A DNA stretch of 33,446 bases from Candidatus Roizmanbacteria bacterium RIFCSPHIGHO2_01_FULL_39_8 (GCA_001789355.1 MFZI01000023.1:1-33446), one strand, 5' to 3'. Counted from the first letter of the stretch, positions 1 through 9,100 are shown. Numbers and translations are program-made. Notes: generated by a model not told the origin, from the letters alone.

Positions 1-1
1 C

Positions 2-574
2 TGGTTTGGAGATATCTGGAAAATGCTCTTTTTCAAGAAAGGATTTAACGGGAAGTTGATTCTGCTTTTTGGTATTCCCGGGATTATTGCCAGCTTTTGG
101 GCAGCCCGATTGCCATTAACTCTGCCGGAAGAGTTATTACAACGCTCACTCGGCCTGTTTTTGGTTCTTTATGTTGCCATCCTGTGGCTTAAGCCAGACT
201 GGAAGATGAAGCCTTCCAACAATAATGCTTTGCTGGGTGGGGCGCTCTCGGGCTTCTTCTCTGGGGTCTTTGGAGTGGGCGGGGCACTGAGGAGCACTTT
301 CTTATCTGCTTATAACTTGCCTAAGTCTGTATTTCTATTTACCTCGGGGGTGATTGGATTGTTGATTGATAGCTCGCGGGTCACGCAGTACTTTATCAGT
401 GGAATTCGTATTGAAGGATACTTACTTCTAACTCTGGTTGTGTGCGTTCCTATTTCGCTATTGGGGGCATATTTGGCTAAAAAGCTGATAGACAAGATTC
501 CTCAAAGGTCCTTCCGTCTGTTTATCGCTGTAGCTTTATTCTTAGTAGGGTTACGATATTTATTCATTGCTTAG
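2..574 (+). CDS. TauE/SafE (DUF81) family membrane anion exporter, 5' end cut by the window edge
   Basis: The frame is open from nt 2, with no stop before the ATG at 23. The protein is polytopic and hydrophobic, with the Gly-rich helix GGALSGFFSGVFGVGGALRS typical of TauE/SafE. Only about 190 aa are visible. Confidence 0.65.
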   Translation, partial: WFGDIWKMLFFKKGFNGKLILLFGIPGIIASFWAARLPLTLPEELLQRSLGLFLVLYVAILWLKPDWKMKPSNNNALLGGALSGFFSGVFGVGGALRSTFLSAYNLPKSVFLFTSGVIGLLIDSSRVTQYFISGIRIEGYLLLTLVVCVPISLLGAYLAKKLIDKIPQRSFRLFIAVALFLVGLRYLFIA

Positions 575-787
575 TAAAAAGGGGGGGAAATTATGAAAAT
601 TGGCATCATTTTAGAAACCAATTTGAATATCTTCAAGAAAACGATCAATATGTTCTTTGTACGGAGTTATTCCCAAGAGTTGAGGTACGGGGAGCAAGAT
701 TCGATTTAGATTCTTCTAACAAAATCTTTCGTAATATATTGAACACCGTGACACACATCACTGACGAAAACACATTCTTCGTATAGC

Positions 788-807
788 ATATGAATGTGAA
801 TTCATAT
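788..807. promoter_or_regulatory. Candidate ArsR/SmtB-type operator (8-4-8 inverted repeat ATATGAAT-gtga-ATTCATAT)
   Basis: A perfect 8-bp inverted repeat overlaps the arsR start codon at 790. The TGAA/TTCA-containing arms resemble known ArsR/SmtB operators. Confidence 0.35.
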
Positions 808-1101
808 AGTTGTTGCACCGCTAAAAAGCGAGTATCTAAGCAAGTCACTAGTTTATCTTCGTTGCTTAAACTCGTGGGCGAGGAAAGTCGACTCAAAATT
901 CTTTGTATCTTACGACAGAATATATATTGCGTTTGCGAAATCGAAAAGCATGTTAATCTTTCCCAAAGTCTTATCTCTCATCACTTGAAAGATCTAAAGG
1001 AAGCCGGGTTAATCCAGGATGAGAAAAAACAACAAAGGGTCTACTACTTTCTAACCGAAAAGGGTAAAAATATTACCGAGTTATTATTTAGTATTAATTA
1101 A
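790..1101 (+). CDS. ArsR/SmtB family metalloregulatory transcriptional repressor
   Basis: Winged-HTH signature CVCEIEKHVNLSQSLISHHLKDLKEAGLI, N-terminal Cys pair (SCC), 103 aa. Confidence 0.85.
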   Translation: MNVNSYSCCTAKKRVSKQVTSLSSLLKLVGEESRLKILCILRQNIYCVCEIEKHVNLSQSLISHHLKDLKEAGLIQDEKKQQRVYYFLTEKGKNITELLFSIN

Positions 1102-1108
1102 AAAAATA

Positions 1109-1360
1109 ATGAAAATTCAAGTATTAGGCTCCGGTTGTGCAACTTGTCATAAATTGTTCGAAATTACTCAACAAGCAATCAAAGAGCTTCAATTAACTCA
1201 TACTGTCGAATATGTAACCGGCGATAAAGGGACACAGAAAATAATTGAGCTTGGTTCGATGTCGAGCCCCGTACTTGCGATTAACGGTAAAATTGCCATG
1301 GTTGGATTTGTCCCAGACGTAGAGAAGATCAAGAAGCTTATTTTGGACAATCTCAACTAA
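1109..1360 (+). CDS. Thioredoxin-fold protein (redox-active disulfide protein 2-like)
   Basis: 83 aa, N-terminal MKIQVLGSGCATCHKL with a CxxC motif. It sits between arsR and a permease, a commonly seen triad. Confidence 0.75.
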   Translation: MKIQVLGSGCATCHKLFEITQQAIKELQLTHTVEYVTGDKGTQKIIELGSMSSPVLAINGKIAMVGFVPDVEKIKKLILDNLN

Positions 1361-1363
1361 TCT

Positions 1364-2341
1364 ATGGATATTTTTTTCCCTATTCAACGATTAGCTAATT
1401 GGATCACTTACAGCTTTTTACCATTGCAAGAATCCAACCATTTTGCGGAAAGTCTGAATTTTTTTATCTACGACACGATTAAAATCGTTGTCCTTCTCAT
1501 AGTTGTCAACTACATAATGGCGGTATTCCGCTATTACTTGCCAGTTGAGAAAATAAGAAAGATACTCACTTCCCGCAATTGGTACGGACTTGATTACCTG
1601 TTAGCCGCCTTTTTTGGAGTGGTAACGCCTTTTTGCTCCTGTTCCTCAATTCCTCTTTTTATTGGCTTTGTGAGTGCGGGTATTCCATTAGGGGTAACCT
1701 TTGCCTTTCTGATTACTTCACCTCTAGTTAATGAGGCTTCGCTTGCTTTGTTTCCCGCTCTATTTGGCTGGCAAATAACCCTTATATATAACTTAATAGG
1801 TATTCTTGTTGGGGTTACTGGGGGTATGATCATACATAAATTAAATATGGAAAAGTATATCGAGCCATCTCTTTTGAAGTTTAAGTCGAAAGTAGATATT
1901 GCAGGGAAAAAGGAAAAAATTGCATTATCCAAACTTGTCACAATTTGGTGGGTTGAGGGCTGGCAGATAACAAAAAGTCTTATCCCATATGTTCTCCTTG
2001 GAATCGGAGTTGGAGCGATAATCCACGGTTTTATTCCCGCTAATTTTTTTGAACGCTATTTATCGAGCAGACAATGGTGGACTGTACCAGTTGCTACATT
2101 AGCTGGACTGCCCTTGTATGCAAATTCTGTTGGACTTATACCCATAATGGAAGTTCTGGTAGATAAAGGTGTATCTCTGGGCACGGCACTTGCTTTTATG
2201 ACGGCGACCGTAACTCTCTCAATTCCCGAGGCACTCATCCTTAGAAAGGCTATGAAACTACCATTACTCATAACCTTTTTTGGTGTAACGACAGTTGGAA
2301 TAATGATAATTGGGTACTTCTTTAATTTTATCTATAGGTAA
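1364..2341 (+). CDS. Permease of the UPF0718/DUF318 (ArsP-like) family
   Basis: About 8-10 predicted TM segments and the conserved TPFCSCSSIPLF Cys motif. It starts 4 nt after the preceding stop. Confidence 0.8.
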   Translation: MDIFFPIQRLANWITYSFLPLQESNHFAESLNFFIYDTIKIVVLLIVVNYIMAVFRYYLPVEKIRKILTSRNWYGLDYLLAAFFGVVTPFCSCSSIPLFIGFVSAGIPLGVTFAFLITSPLVNEASLALFPALFGWQITLIYNLIGILVGVTGGMIIHKLNMEKYIEPSLLKFKSKVDIAGKKEKIALSKLVTIWWVEGWQITKSLIPYVLLGIGVGAIIHGFIPANFFERYLSSRQWWTVPVATLAGLPLYANSVGLIPIMEVLVDKGVSLGTALAFMTATVTLSIPEALILRKAMKLPLLITFFGVTTVGIMIIGYFFNFIYR

Positions 2342-2438
2342 ATAGGTTGTATTTGAAAGGTTTAAAAAAGTTTAGATGTTCTGTAGACTAAATCCAAACT
2401 CTATTTTTCGGTCCTTTAAAGCGTTTACTAAGTAGAGC

Positions 2439-3317
2439 TTATTCATACATAGTTAGATAGGTTACTGGGTTAGATATCCCATTGTAGATAATCCATTTAA
2501 TAAGCTCAGGCGGACAACCTTTAAAGTAATAGCGAAGTAATTTAGGGCCGACAACAGGATTTAAGAAGACTTTTCTCTCGAATTGTTCATCTAAGTTACG
2601 AGGAGACTCACTGCGATCTACTATAATAGGAAAGTCTTTATCTAAAAAAGGAATAACTCTTTCATCGCTATAATCAATCCCCCCTGCAATTTTCCCTATC
2701 GCATCGGTTCCCATAATCTCAACAAACTCCAACGGATCAAATTGGGCAAGCCGGAAACGCATAACTACTTCATCAAAAGCGATTACTGCCCGTCTCTGCA
2801 CGTCGGCGAGAGACCCCGCTATTCTCACTTGAACATGTTGGCCCGAAACTTTTTTTAAGGTCCTAATATATGATTCATAATCAGGCAGAGTGTGAAAAGG
2901 TCCTTCATTTTTCACACCAAGCTTGTAGACGTCTGTATCAAATCCTATTACATGAGTTACGTCTGGACTACCCCAAAAAGCAGCGAGAGCTTTATAATGA
3001 GCAATTGAACTTATACGATAAAAATCAGCGGAAACAATCGAATAAATACCTCTTTGTTGCCACTGGCTTTCAAGGTGTTGCTTAATGGCATCCTCATTTG
3101 CTGTATTAGCCAAAATAGGCCTTCCCCCAAGCTCTTGAACAGCTCGGTTAGCCACGTCTATTTTAGTCGTATTTCTGCTTGCAATCCCAATTTGCAGCCC
3201 TGGAGGCATCTGCCAACCTTGTGGAACAGCAGAGAACTCAGGAATTGACCACAATTTTTCTAGCGGATTCCCTGATAGAAAAGTTGGATTTTCAGGGGTT
3301 TGTATGAGGTCTTGCAT
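2439..3317 (-). CDS. Hypothetical protein, possibly a divergent Maf/ITPase-fold nucleotide pyrophosphatase
   Basis: A 292-aa ORF with motif order reminiscent of Maf: IGIASRNTTK, VIGFDTDVY, KVSGQHVQVRIAG, GKIAGGIDYSDE. The similarity is weak and judged by eye only. Confidence 0.5.
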   Translation of the reverse strand: MQDLIQTPENPTFLSGNPLEKLWSIPEFSAVPQGWQMPPGLQIGIASRNTTKIDVANRAVQELGGRPILANTANEDAIKQHLESQWQQRGIYSIVSADFYRISSIAHYKALAAFWGSPDVTHVIGFDTDVYKLGVKNEGPFHTLPDYESYIRTLKKVSGQHVQVRIAGSLADVQRRAVIAFDEVVMRFRLAQFDPLEFVEIMGTDAIGKIAGGIDYSDERVIPFLDKDFPIIVDRSESPRNLDEQFERKVFLNPVVGPKLLRYYFKGCPPELIKWIIYNGISNPVTYLTMYE

Positions 3318-3478
3318 GGTTCAAAAAAGAATGATGGTATTATACCATTGAGCAGAGAATAGCTTGATAAACCTTATCCAGAAAACTTCAGAGGTTATCT
3401 AAATTTTATTTGTTACAATTTTTGTATAATTCAATTTAATAAATTAGATACTTTATTAAAAAAGGGAATAGATAGATT

Positions 3479-3934
3479 ATGACAACAATAACCAAGAAGA
3501 CTACGAATAAACCCACTGGATTCTCCGATGATGAGCGAACGGCGATGAAGGAGCGTGCCAAAGAATTGATGGCAGAGGCACGGTCAAGCAAAAACAAAGC
3601 TCAAGGCGAAAGAGACGTTCTCGAAGCAATCGTAAAGATGCCGGAGCCGGATCGCGCCATCGGCAAGCGGCTCCATGCGATTATCAAAGCCAACGCGCCG
3701 ACCCTTTCTCCGAAAACCTGGTATGGGATGCCTGCGTATGCGAATAAGGACGGTAAGGTTGTTTGTTTCTTTCAAGCAGCGAGTAAATTTAAATACAGAT
3801 ATGCTACGCTTGGCTTCCAAGAAGATGCGAATCTTGATGAAGGGAGTATGTGGCCAACTTCGTTTGCGCTGACGAAGTTGACTCCCAGTGAAGAGGCGAA
3901 GATAGCTGTGCTTGTGAAAAAAGCAGTAAAGTGA
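3479..3934 (+). CDS. DUF1801 (YdhG-like) domain protein
   Basis: 151 aa. The central segment [35 protein letters not shown] matches the DUF1801 pattern. The gene is visibly more GC-rich than its surroundings. Confidence 0.65.
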   Translation: MTTITKKTTNKPTGFSDDERTAMKERAKELMAEARSSKNKAQGERDVLEAIVKMPEPDRAIGKRLHAIIKANAPTLSPKTWYGMPAYANKDGKVVCFFQAASKFKYRYATLGFQEDANLDEGSMWPTSFALTKLTPSEEAKIAVLVKKAVK

Positions 3935-3950
3935 CAGCCGAACACCATAT

Positions 3951-4481
3951 ATGAAAATCTTCCGGTTTAGTCCGATAAAAGATAAAAGTGAATTATTCAA
4001 AGCAATCCAATACATTCACTTTGAATCACATAGACTCTGTAGACAAAATTTAGGTTATCTCTTACCTGTTGCAGGAAATATCGGTGTTTTCTGTCATTAT
4101 GGAGACGAGTTTGAACAGTTGATCAAAATAAGAAAAGAGCTAACCGATCTTTCAGACAATTGGAACGAGAAATATTTCCGTCTTTATAAGTCAATTGTCA
4201 TCCCTGCTAAAGACGACATACCAGAGACAACGTATACGTATCTGTATATCCGCAAACCTGATCCAAATAACAGTCATGTCGGCGATGTAGACTTTTACCT
4301 TGAACCCGACAAATACAAAGAATTAAAAGAGTCCTTATTATCCGGAAAAATAATAAAGGGGGTAAAGATATTCGAAAGATCCGATCTTGATCTTGTCAGG
4401 CTACATGATCCGAATAGTGACGTAAGTGCTTTCGTCGGTAAAAAGACAATGCTCCAGAATGTAAAAGAAAAACACATTTAG
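3951..4481 (+). CDS. Hypothetical protein
   Basis: A 176-aa ORF starting 17 nt after the previous gene. No motif recognised. Confidence 0.55.
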   Translation: MKIFRFSPIKDKSELFKAIQYIHFESHRLCRQNLGYLLPVAGNIGVFCHYGDEFEQLIKIRKELTDLSDNWNEKYFRLYKSIVIPAKDDIPETTYTYLYIRKPDPNNSHVGDVDFYLEPDKYKELKESLLSGKIIKGVKIFERSDLDLVRLHDPNSDVSAFVGKKTMLQNVKEKHI

Positions 4482-4570
4482 AAAAGAAGAGTCCGTTGAG
4501 GTTTTAACTCAGAACATGATCCCCTCTCCATTTACTTACACTTCTAATAAACCTATAGTATAATATTCGG

Positions 4571-6115
4571 GTGAGAGAGAATCCAAATAGAAGCATTGCT
4601 GAGGCACAATTTCTGAAAGACCAATTTAATAATCTAGTGGAACAGGTGCAAGCGGATGTTTTACGCTACGCAGAAAGAGTAACCGGATCGGTTGATCTGG
4701 CCAATGAACTGTATATGATAACGTGGTGGGATGTTTTAGGAAGATTTCCCAATATTAGAAGAAAAGAGCGTATCCCATTTAAAGTATATTTTCAACGAGC
4801 CTTGAGGAGTAATTTTTTTGACTTTCAAGAAAGATCAAGGAGAACATTGAGTCTTGATCCACTTGGTGATGTCAAGGATGAAAGGGCAATTGCGATGGGT
4901 GAAACCCACGATCTAAACGAAGACCTGTACCGTGCATTGTATGGATTAGATCCACCATTAAGACAAGTTATATTATTGCAAAGCGAGGGATATAAGGAAA
5001 AAGAGTCGGCTGAATTAATGGGAATTTCACCCGCTTACTTTAAAGAGTTGTTAGCTGAAGCTCGTTTTTTATTGCAGCAAGAGATTTTTAGGGAAGAACT
5101 GACTGATCCAAAAGAAGCCAAACAAGAAGAATATGTAACAATAGAAGAAATCGCACAGAGATTACATTGGACATGGACCTCAACCGCAACACAACTTACT
5201 GCCTACAAAGACCAGGCAAGAAATGAGGGGGGAAGAACAATTATGGGAAGAATTCTTTTCCCGGTAAGCATATTGGAGCAACTTCAGAAAATACCTGAAG
5301 TCACTGTCCCTGCTTCGGACTGGTTGACCATTACTCAATTAACTCAATTGTTAGGAGTAGATTATAGATGGGTCGTAAGAAGACTATTTAAACTAACTTT
5401 TAAGGGTGAACTTAGAGTCGGTACCTTTCATAGAGTGGCAGTTCATTACCCGCCACAAAGTTTAGACGAATTAATGATAGAGCGCGATCGTGTTATTACA
5501 CCTCCTAATCCAGAAATTGAGCACACGATATCAGACCTAGCAATATTGACAAAAAGACATCCGCATTGGGTAGAAAAAAGACTCATTGAACATGGTATTG
5601 CACCAAAATACAGAAGACATTTTTCGGGAAACATATTTGCTTACTATGATCATTCTGTACTAGTAACTTTAATGAATGAGAGCTTAAAATATCCACTACT
5701 TGGAGATTATTTGACTATCCCTATGTTAACTAAAGCAACGGGTATGGATAGAGAGTGGGTGATTAAAAAACTACATGAACTTGGAATAACCGGTGAACAG
5801 AGAGAGCATCCTGCTTTTCACCGAAGAGTTTATACTAGTTATCCACCTTCTACACTAAATAACCTCATTTCTTTAGCAGGAGACTATAAGAAAGCAGAAG
5901 ATGGATGGTTAACTCTAACGGCCTTAGAAACAAAAGTGGGAAAATCCAGTAGATGGATATTAAAAAGACTCGGAGAAATAAATGTAACCACTATTATGCA
6001 AAGAGATTCAAGGGGAGCGTTGCGAATACACTATCCTCCTGCAGTTCTGCACGAATTATTGCAAGCAAAACAAATGGAAGAAGATAGAAAGCATGCAAAA
6101 AAGTGGTATGAGTGA
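4571..6115 (+). CDS. Sigma-70/ECF-like N-terminal domain fused to five tandem excisionase/MerR-type HTH-like repeats
   Basis: GTG start. Region-2-like DLANELYMITWWDVL and region-4-like LRQVILLQSEGYKEKESAELMGISPAYFKELLAEARFLL. These are followed by five modules of about 63-66 aa, each [WY]LT[IL]..L....G....W[IV]...L.......G.....YPP..L..L. Confidence 0.7.
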   Translation: MRENPNRSIAEAQFLKDQFNNLVEQVQADVLRYAERVTGSVDLANELYMITWWDVLGRFPNIRRKERIPFKVYFQRALRSNFFDFQERSRRTLSLDPLGDVKDERAIAMGETHDLNEDLYRALYGLDPPLRQVILLQSEGYKEKESAELMGISPAYFKELLAEARFLLQQEIFREELTDPKEAKQEEYVTIEEIAQRLHWTWTSTATQLTAYKDQARNEGGRTIMGRILFPVSILEQLQKIPEVTVPASDWLTITQLTQLLGVDYRWVVRRLFKLTFKGELRVGTFHRVAVHYPPQSLDELMIERDRVITPPNPEIEHTISDLAILTKRHPHWVEKRLIEHGIAPKYRRHFSGNIFAYYDHSVLVTLMNESLKYPLLGDYLTIPMLTKATGMDREWVIKKLHELGITGEQREHPAFHRRVYTSYPPSTLNNLISLAGDYKKAEDGWLTLTALETKVGKSSRWILKRLGEINVTTIMQRDSRGALRIHYPPAVLHELLQAKQMEEDRKHAKKWYE

Positions 6116-6203
6116 GTGTTTACATACTTTATTTCAACCTTCCTCTTCCTAAAACATGTTAACTAAGGGGGAACACTTCGTCGAGCTCAGTGCAAGCCAA
6201 TCA

Positions 6204-6965
6204 TTATTTACAATAATCGCTTGATTTGCCACTCTGATAATCTGAGGATGGAAGAGCTAAAACTTTTGTTTTATCTTCAGATGAAATCCAATCAAACCAA
6301 CAAACTGCATAATGTTCAATTTCGTAAGTATGTTTGGCGACCCAAGCAGGATCTTTTGAGGATTCGTTCTTTTGCCTATAATCATATACTCCCCAGTCTA
6401 CAAAAGTATTAAGGCCTCCCAAAGCACTCGGACCTCCCTTGGTCAAACCAACCGCAGTGGCAATAATTTCTCCTTGCTTCACTTTTATCGGTGGATATAC
6501 TTCCGTGGTTCTTGAATCCAATCCTTTAGGTAGGGGAAATTTATCGGCGATGGCTTGGAATTTTGGCGTTAGGGTAAGCAAGTGACCAAAGCGGTACCTA
6601 ATTCCACAGGGATGGGTAAAATCAAAAGTATATTGAATTTCGCCGTCCACCGGATATCGAGCTCCGGCAATTACTTCAGCATCATAAGGAGCCACTACCT
6701 TGATCTCATCAGGATGAGAATTATCAAATCTAAAGCCCCCATGCGCTTTATATTCTCCACCTCTATATTGTCCGGGATAAAGAATTGATGTAACCCTATT
6801 TATATCTACCGGCATCTGGAAAACAAACGGACTTGGGCAAGATTCATATGATTTTGTAAATTGCTTGATTTGCCCCATCGGCAATATCTTTTCCGGATCC
6901 CGGATAAGTGCAGCAATAATAAATAACAAAAAACCCGTTACAATAACAAGTAAAATTTTCCTCAT
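6204..6965 (-). CDS. Signal-anchored secreted protein, possibly LytM/M23-like fold (catalytic HxH not seen)
   Basis: N-terminal hydrophobic helix MRKILLVIVTGFLLFIIAALI. The motif order AHGGFRFD ... VVAPYDAEVIAGA ... FGHLL ... VKQGEIIATAVG resembles M23 topology. Confidence 0.5.
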   Translation of the reverse strand: MRKILLVIVTGFLLFIIAALIRDPEKILPMGQIKQFTKSYESCPSPFVFQMPVDINRVTSILYPGQYRGGEYKAHGGFRFDNSHPDEIKVVAPYDAEVIAGARYPVDGEIQYTFDFTHPCGIRYRFGHLLTLTPKFQAIADKFPLPKGLDSRTTEVYPPIKVKQGEIIATAVGLTKGGPSALGGLNTFVDWGVYDYRQKNESSKDPAWVAKHTYEIEHYAVCWFDWISSEDKTKVLALPSSDYQSGKSSDYCK

Positions 6966-7198
6966 ACTTAAATTTATTATATTTTAGTTATGCGATGCAA
7001 ATGCAGTGATATTTATTATTTAACTGGATCGTTCGTAGAGAGAATGTTTCACCTCATCATAAAAGGCGGCAGCAGAAGATGTGCATCCTGTCGTTTTTGA
7101 AAGATCGCGAGGATTTGGGGGCTACACCCTTTGTATCCCAAAATATCGATACTTTTATCTCTTCGAGAAAGAAACTTCATGAGGCTATTATACTCCTT

Positions 7199-8311
7199 TT
7201 AGGCGCTTACGATCTGTTCCCAGGAAAAGTGATTGCGGCCAAAATGCCCATAGCAGGAGGTGTCCCTATAGATCGGTCTTCGCAAATCAAGCTTCTCCAA
7301 AATTCCTGCCACTGAGGTATCAAGTATCTTATTCACGAAGTCTTTTATTACTTTGTTTGACTTTTTTGCAGTTCCAAATGTCTCGACATCCTGCATGATC
7401 GGCTTTTTTGCACCGATGAAATAGGCTAAGCGTACTTCTGCCTTGTCTGCAAGCTTGTGTGCGACGATGTTTTTGGCCAAAAAGCGTGCCGCGTAAGCGC
7501 CGGACCGATCGACTTTGGTCGGGTCTTTGCCGCTAAAAGCTCCTCCACCCACTCGTGCGTAGCCACCATAGGTGTCAACAATTATTTTTCGCCCCGTCAC
7601 ACCGGTATCAGAGGCCGGCCCGCCAAAATGCCAGATTCCGGTCCCATTTACGATCACGTCTTTCGTTTCTATCGCAAATCCATATGATTTCAGCACCGGT
7701 TTAATTATTTTTTTATAGACATCGCTCTTTACTTGCTTCAGATGGACCGATTCTTTATGCGGAACAGCAATCACCACTGTCTGAACTTTGTAAGGTTTTC
7801 CGTTTTTATACTCCACGGTAACCTGGGTTTTTCCATCCGGTCGAAGATAAGATAAGATGTTTTTCTCCCTCACTTGATCTATCTTTTGAGCCAAAGTGTG
7901 AGCGATACTTATAGCGATCGGCATCAGGGTATCGGTATCCCGACAAGCAAAGCCAAACATCATTCCCTGGTCTCCCGCTCCCGCAACATCTACACCCGCT
8001 GCAATCTCTCTCGACTGGGCATGGACATAAATATCTATGGGAGATCGGAAAGAAAAGTTTAATTCTTTGCTTGTATAGCCGAGCGCCTTGATTTCATTTC
8101 GGGCCACTTTGTCAAAATCTATCTTGTATCGTGAGGTTATTTCACCCGCTAGTGTCATCTGGTTGTAAGTAACAAGCGTTTCGATAGCTACTCTCCCGTA
8201 CGGATCTTTTGCAAGAACGTTATCCACGATAGCATCGCTTACTCGATCACAAATTTTGTCTGGATGACCTGCACAGACCGATTCTGAGGTAAACGTATAT
8301 GAGTTGGACAT
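7199..8311 (-). CDS. metK: S-adenosylmethionine synthetase
   Basis: FTSESVCAGHPDKICDRVSDAIVD, GAGDQGMMFGFA, GGGAFSGKDPTKVDRSGAY: canonical MetK motifs throughout 370 aa. Confidence 0.95.
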   Translation of the reverse strand: MSNSYTFTSESVCAGHPDKICDRVSDAIVDNVLAKDPYGRVAIETLVTYNQMTLAGEITSRYKIDFDKVARNEIKALGYTSKELNFSFRSPIDIYVHAQSREIAAGVDVAGAGDQGMMFGFACRDTDTLMPIAISIAHTLAQKIDQVREKNILSYLRPDGKTQVTVEYKNGKPYKVQTVVIAVPHKESVHLKQVKSDVYKKIIKPVLKSYGFAIETKDVIVNGTGIWHFGGPASDTGVTGRKIIVDTYGGYARVGGGAFSGKDPTKVDRSGAYAARFLAKNIVAHKLADKAEVRLAYFIGAKKPIMQDVETFGTAKKSNKVIKDFVNKILDTSVAGILEKLDLRRPIYRDTSCYGHFGRNHFSWEQIVSA

Positions 8312-8445
8312 AAAAAAACCTCTCTTATCCGAGAGGTAAAATTATAATTTGTCCGACGTGACGTCGGACCACATCTTCCTCTCGGAAATGGCACCGTATT
8401 ATTCGGTTGCTGGTCCGATGTTACATCGGACACTCTTGATGTTTC
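8312..8445 (-). promoter_or_regulatory. SAM-I-clan (S-box-like, compact) riboswitch with a terminator and SD-sequestering expression platform
   Basis: Read on the - strand: CAUCAAGAG (P1 and J1/2), P2 GUCCGAUG-UAA-CAUCGGAC, CAGCAACC, P3 ACCG-AAUAAUA-CGGU, GCCAUUUCC, P4 UUCC-GAGA-GGAA, and P1 closing GAUG. Next come the hairpin GUCCGACG-UCA-CGUCGGAC and CCUCUC-GGAUAA-GAGAGG-UUUUUUU directly before the metK AUG. Confidence 0.7.
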
Positions 8446-8505
8446 CAATTACTATATATCTTTTGTTTCTTCATTGCAAGGGGAGAGATCACCATGTGCA
8501 TAGAA

Positions 8506-9084
8506 TCAAAAAGGTAAAGTGAGATGGTCCTCTGATTTTCCCGAATCTTCGCTATACTTTTTCCAGTCAACTTTAATAGATATCTTGCCTTTTTCGTTCA
8601 AATAGGCTACTTCGCCGGTTTGCGCTCCATGTTCAAAAAGCTCTTTCGTAAGCATGACATCATCCATACAATATTGTCTTAGTTCATCTAGTTTTCCCTC
8701 TTTGTAAAGATCTATCGCCATCAACCCATGCCCGGTTTTCTTTTTCCCGAGCGTCGCATACAAAAGATCGTTGAGCGCCAGTCTTCTTCCGATTTTATTT
8801 CTGATATCGTCGAGCAGATCGAAGGTCGAAAGCATTTCGAGCTTCCCCGGATAATACCCCTGGAGAACGGGTAAGTCAAAATTAATGACATTAAAACCGA
8901 TGATATAGGATGAGCTCTCCAAAATGGGGAATAACTTATTCAAGTCCTTTTCACCAAAAGCTTTACATTGCTTGTCCTTGTAGTCGTATACGCCAACCAC
9001 GGTCACCCCCAGCTTCTTATGTTCGGAAAAATCGCGAAAGGTATGCTTAGTTTCGAGGTCCAAAACAATCGGAAATTTTTTCAT
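8506..9084 (-). CDS. DEDDy-type 3'-5' exonuclease (RNase H-like/DnaQ superfamily)
   Basis: Exo I VLDLETKH, Exo II IGFNVINFDLPVL, Exo III YCMDDVMLTKELF. I preferred the start at MKKFPIV (9084) because the upstream ATG at 9144 would overlap the preceding gene. Confidence 0.75.
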   Translation of the reverse strand: MKKFPIVLDLETKHTFRDFSEHKKLGVTVVGVYDYKDKQCKAFGEKDLNKLFPILESSSYIIGFNVINFDLPVLQGYYPGKLEMLSTFDLLDDIRNKIGRRLALNDLLYATLGKKKTGHGLMAIDLYKEGKLDELRQYCMDDVMLTKELFEHGAQTGEVAYLNEKGKISIKVDWKKYSEDSGKSEDHLTLPF

Positions 9085-9100
9085 AGTAGTTCGTATTATT

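Noticed and set aside
581-709. G7 tract followed by a 38-aa ORF (593..709) between the TauE gene and arsR.
   Set aside because: The G-run may merely act as an SD-like element. The peptide is featureless, and the region is more simply the arsR promoter region.
2380-2390. The 11-mer TCTGTAGACTA is shared with 31426-31436, next to the dprA upstream motif.
   Set aside because: An 11-mer recurrence is expected many times by chance in 33 kb of AT-rich DNA. This copy lies between two gene 3' ends, not upstream of a gene.
7049-7180. 43-aa minus-strand ORF just downstream of metK.
   Set aside because: The SD-like AAGGAG is 12 nt from the ATG, the peptide has no features, and there is no way to test conservation here.
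8239-8448. 69-aa minus-strand ORF upstream of and overlapping metK.
   Set aside because: It covers the SAM riboswitch leader and overlaps the true metK start in another frame.
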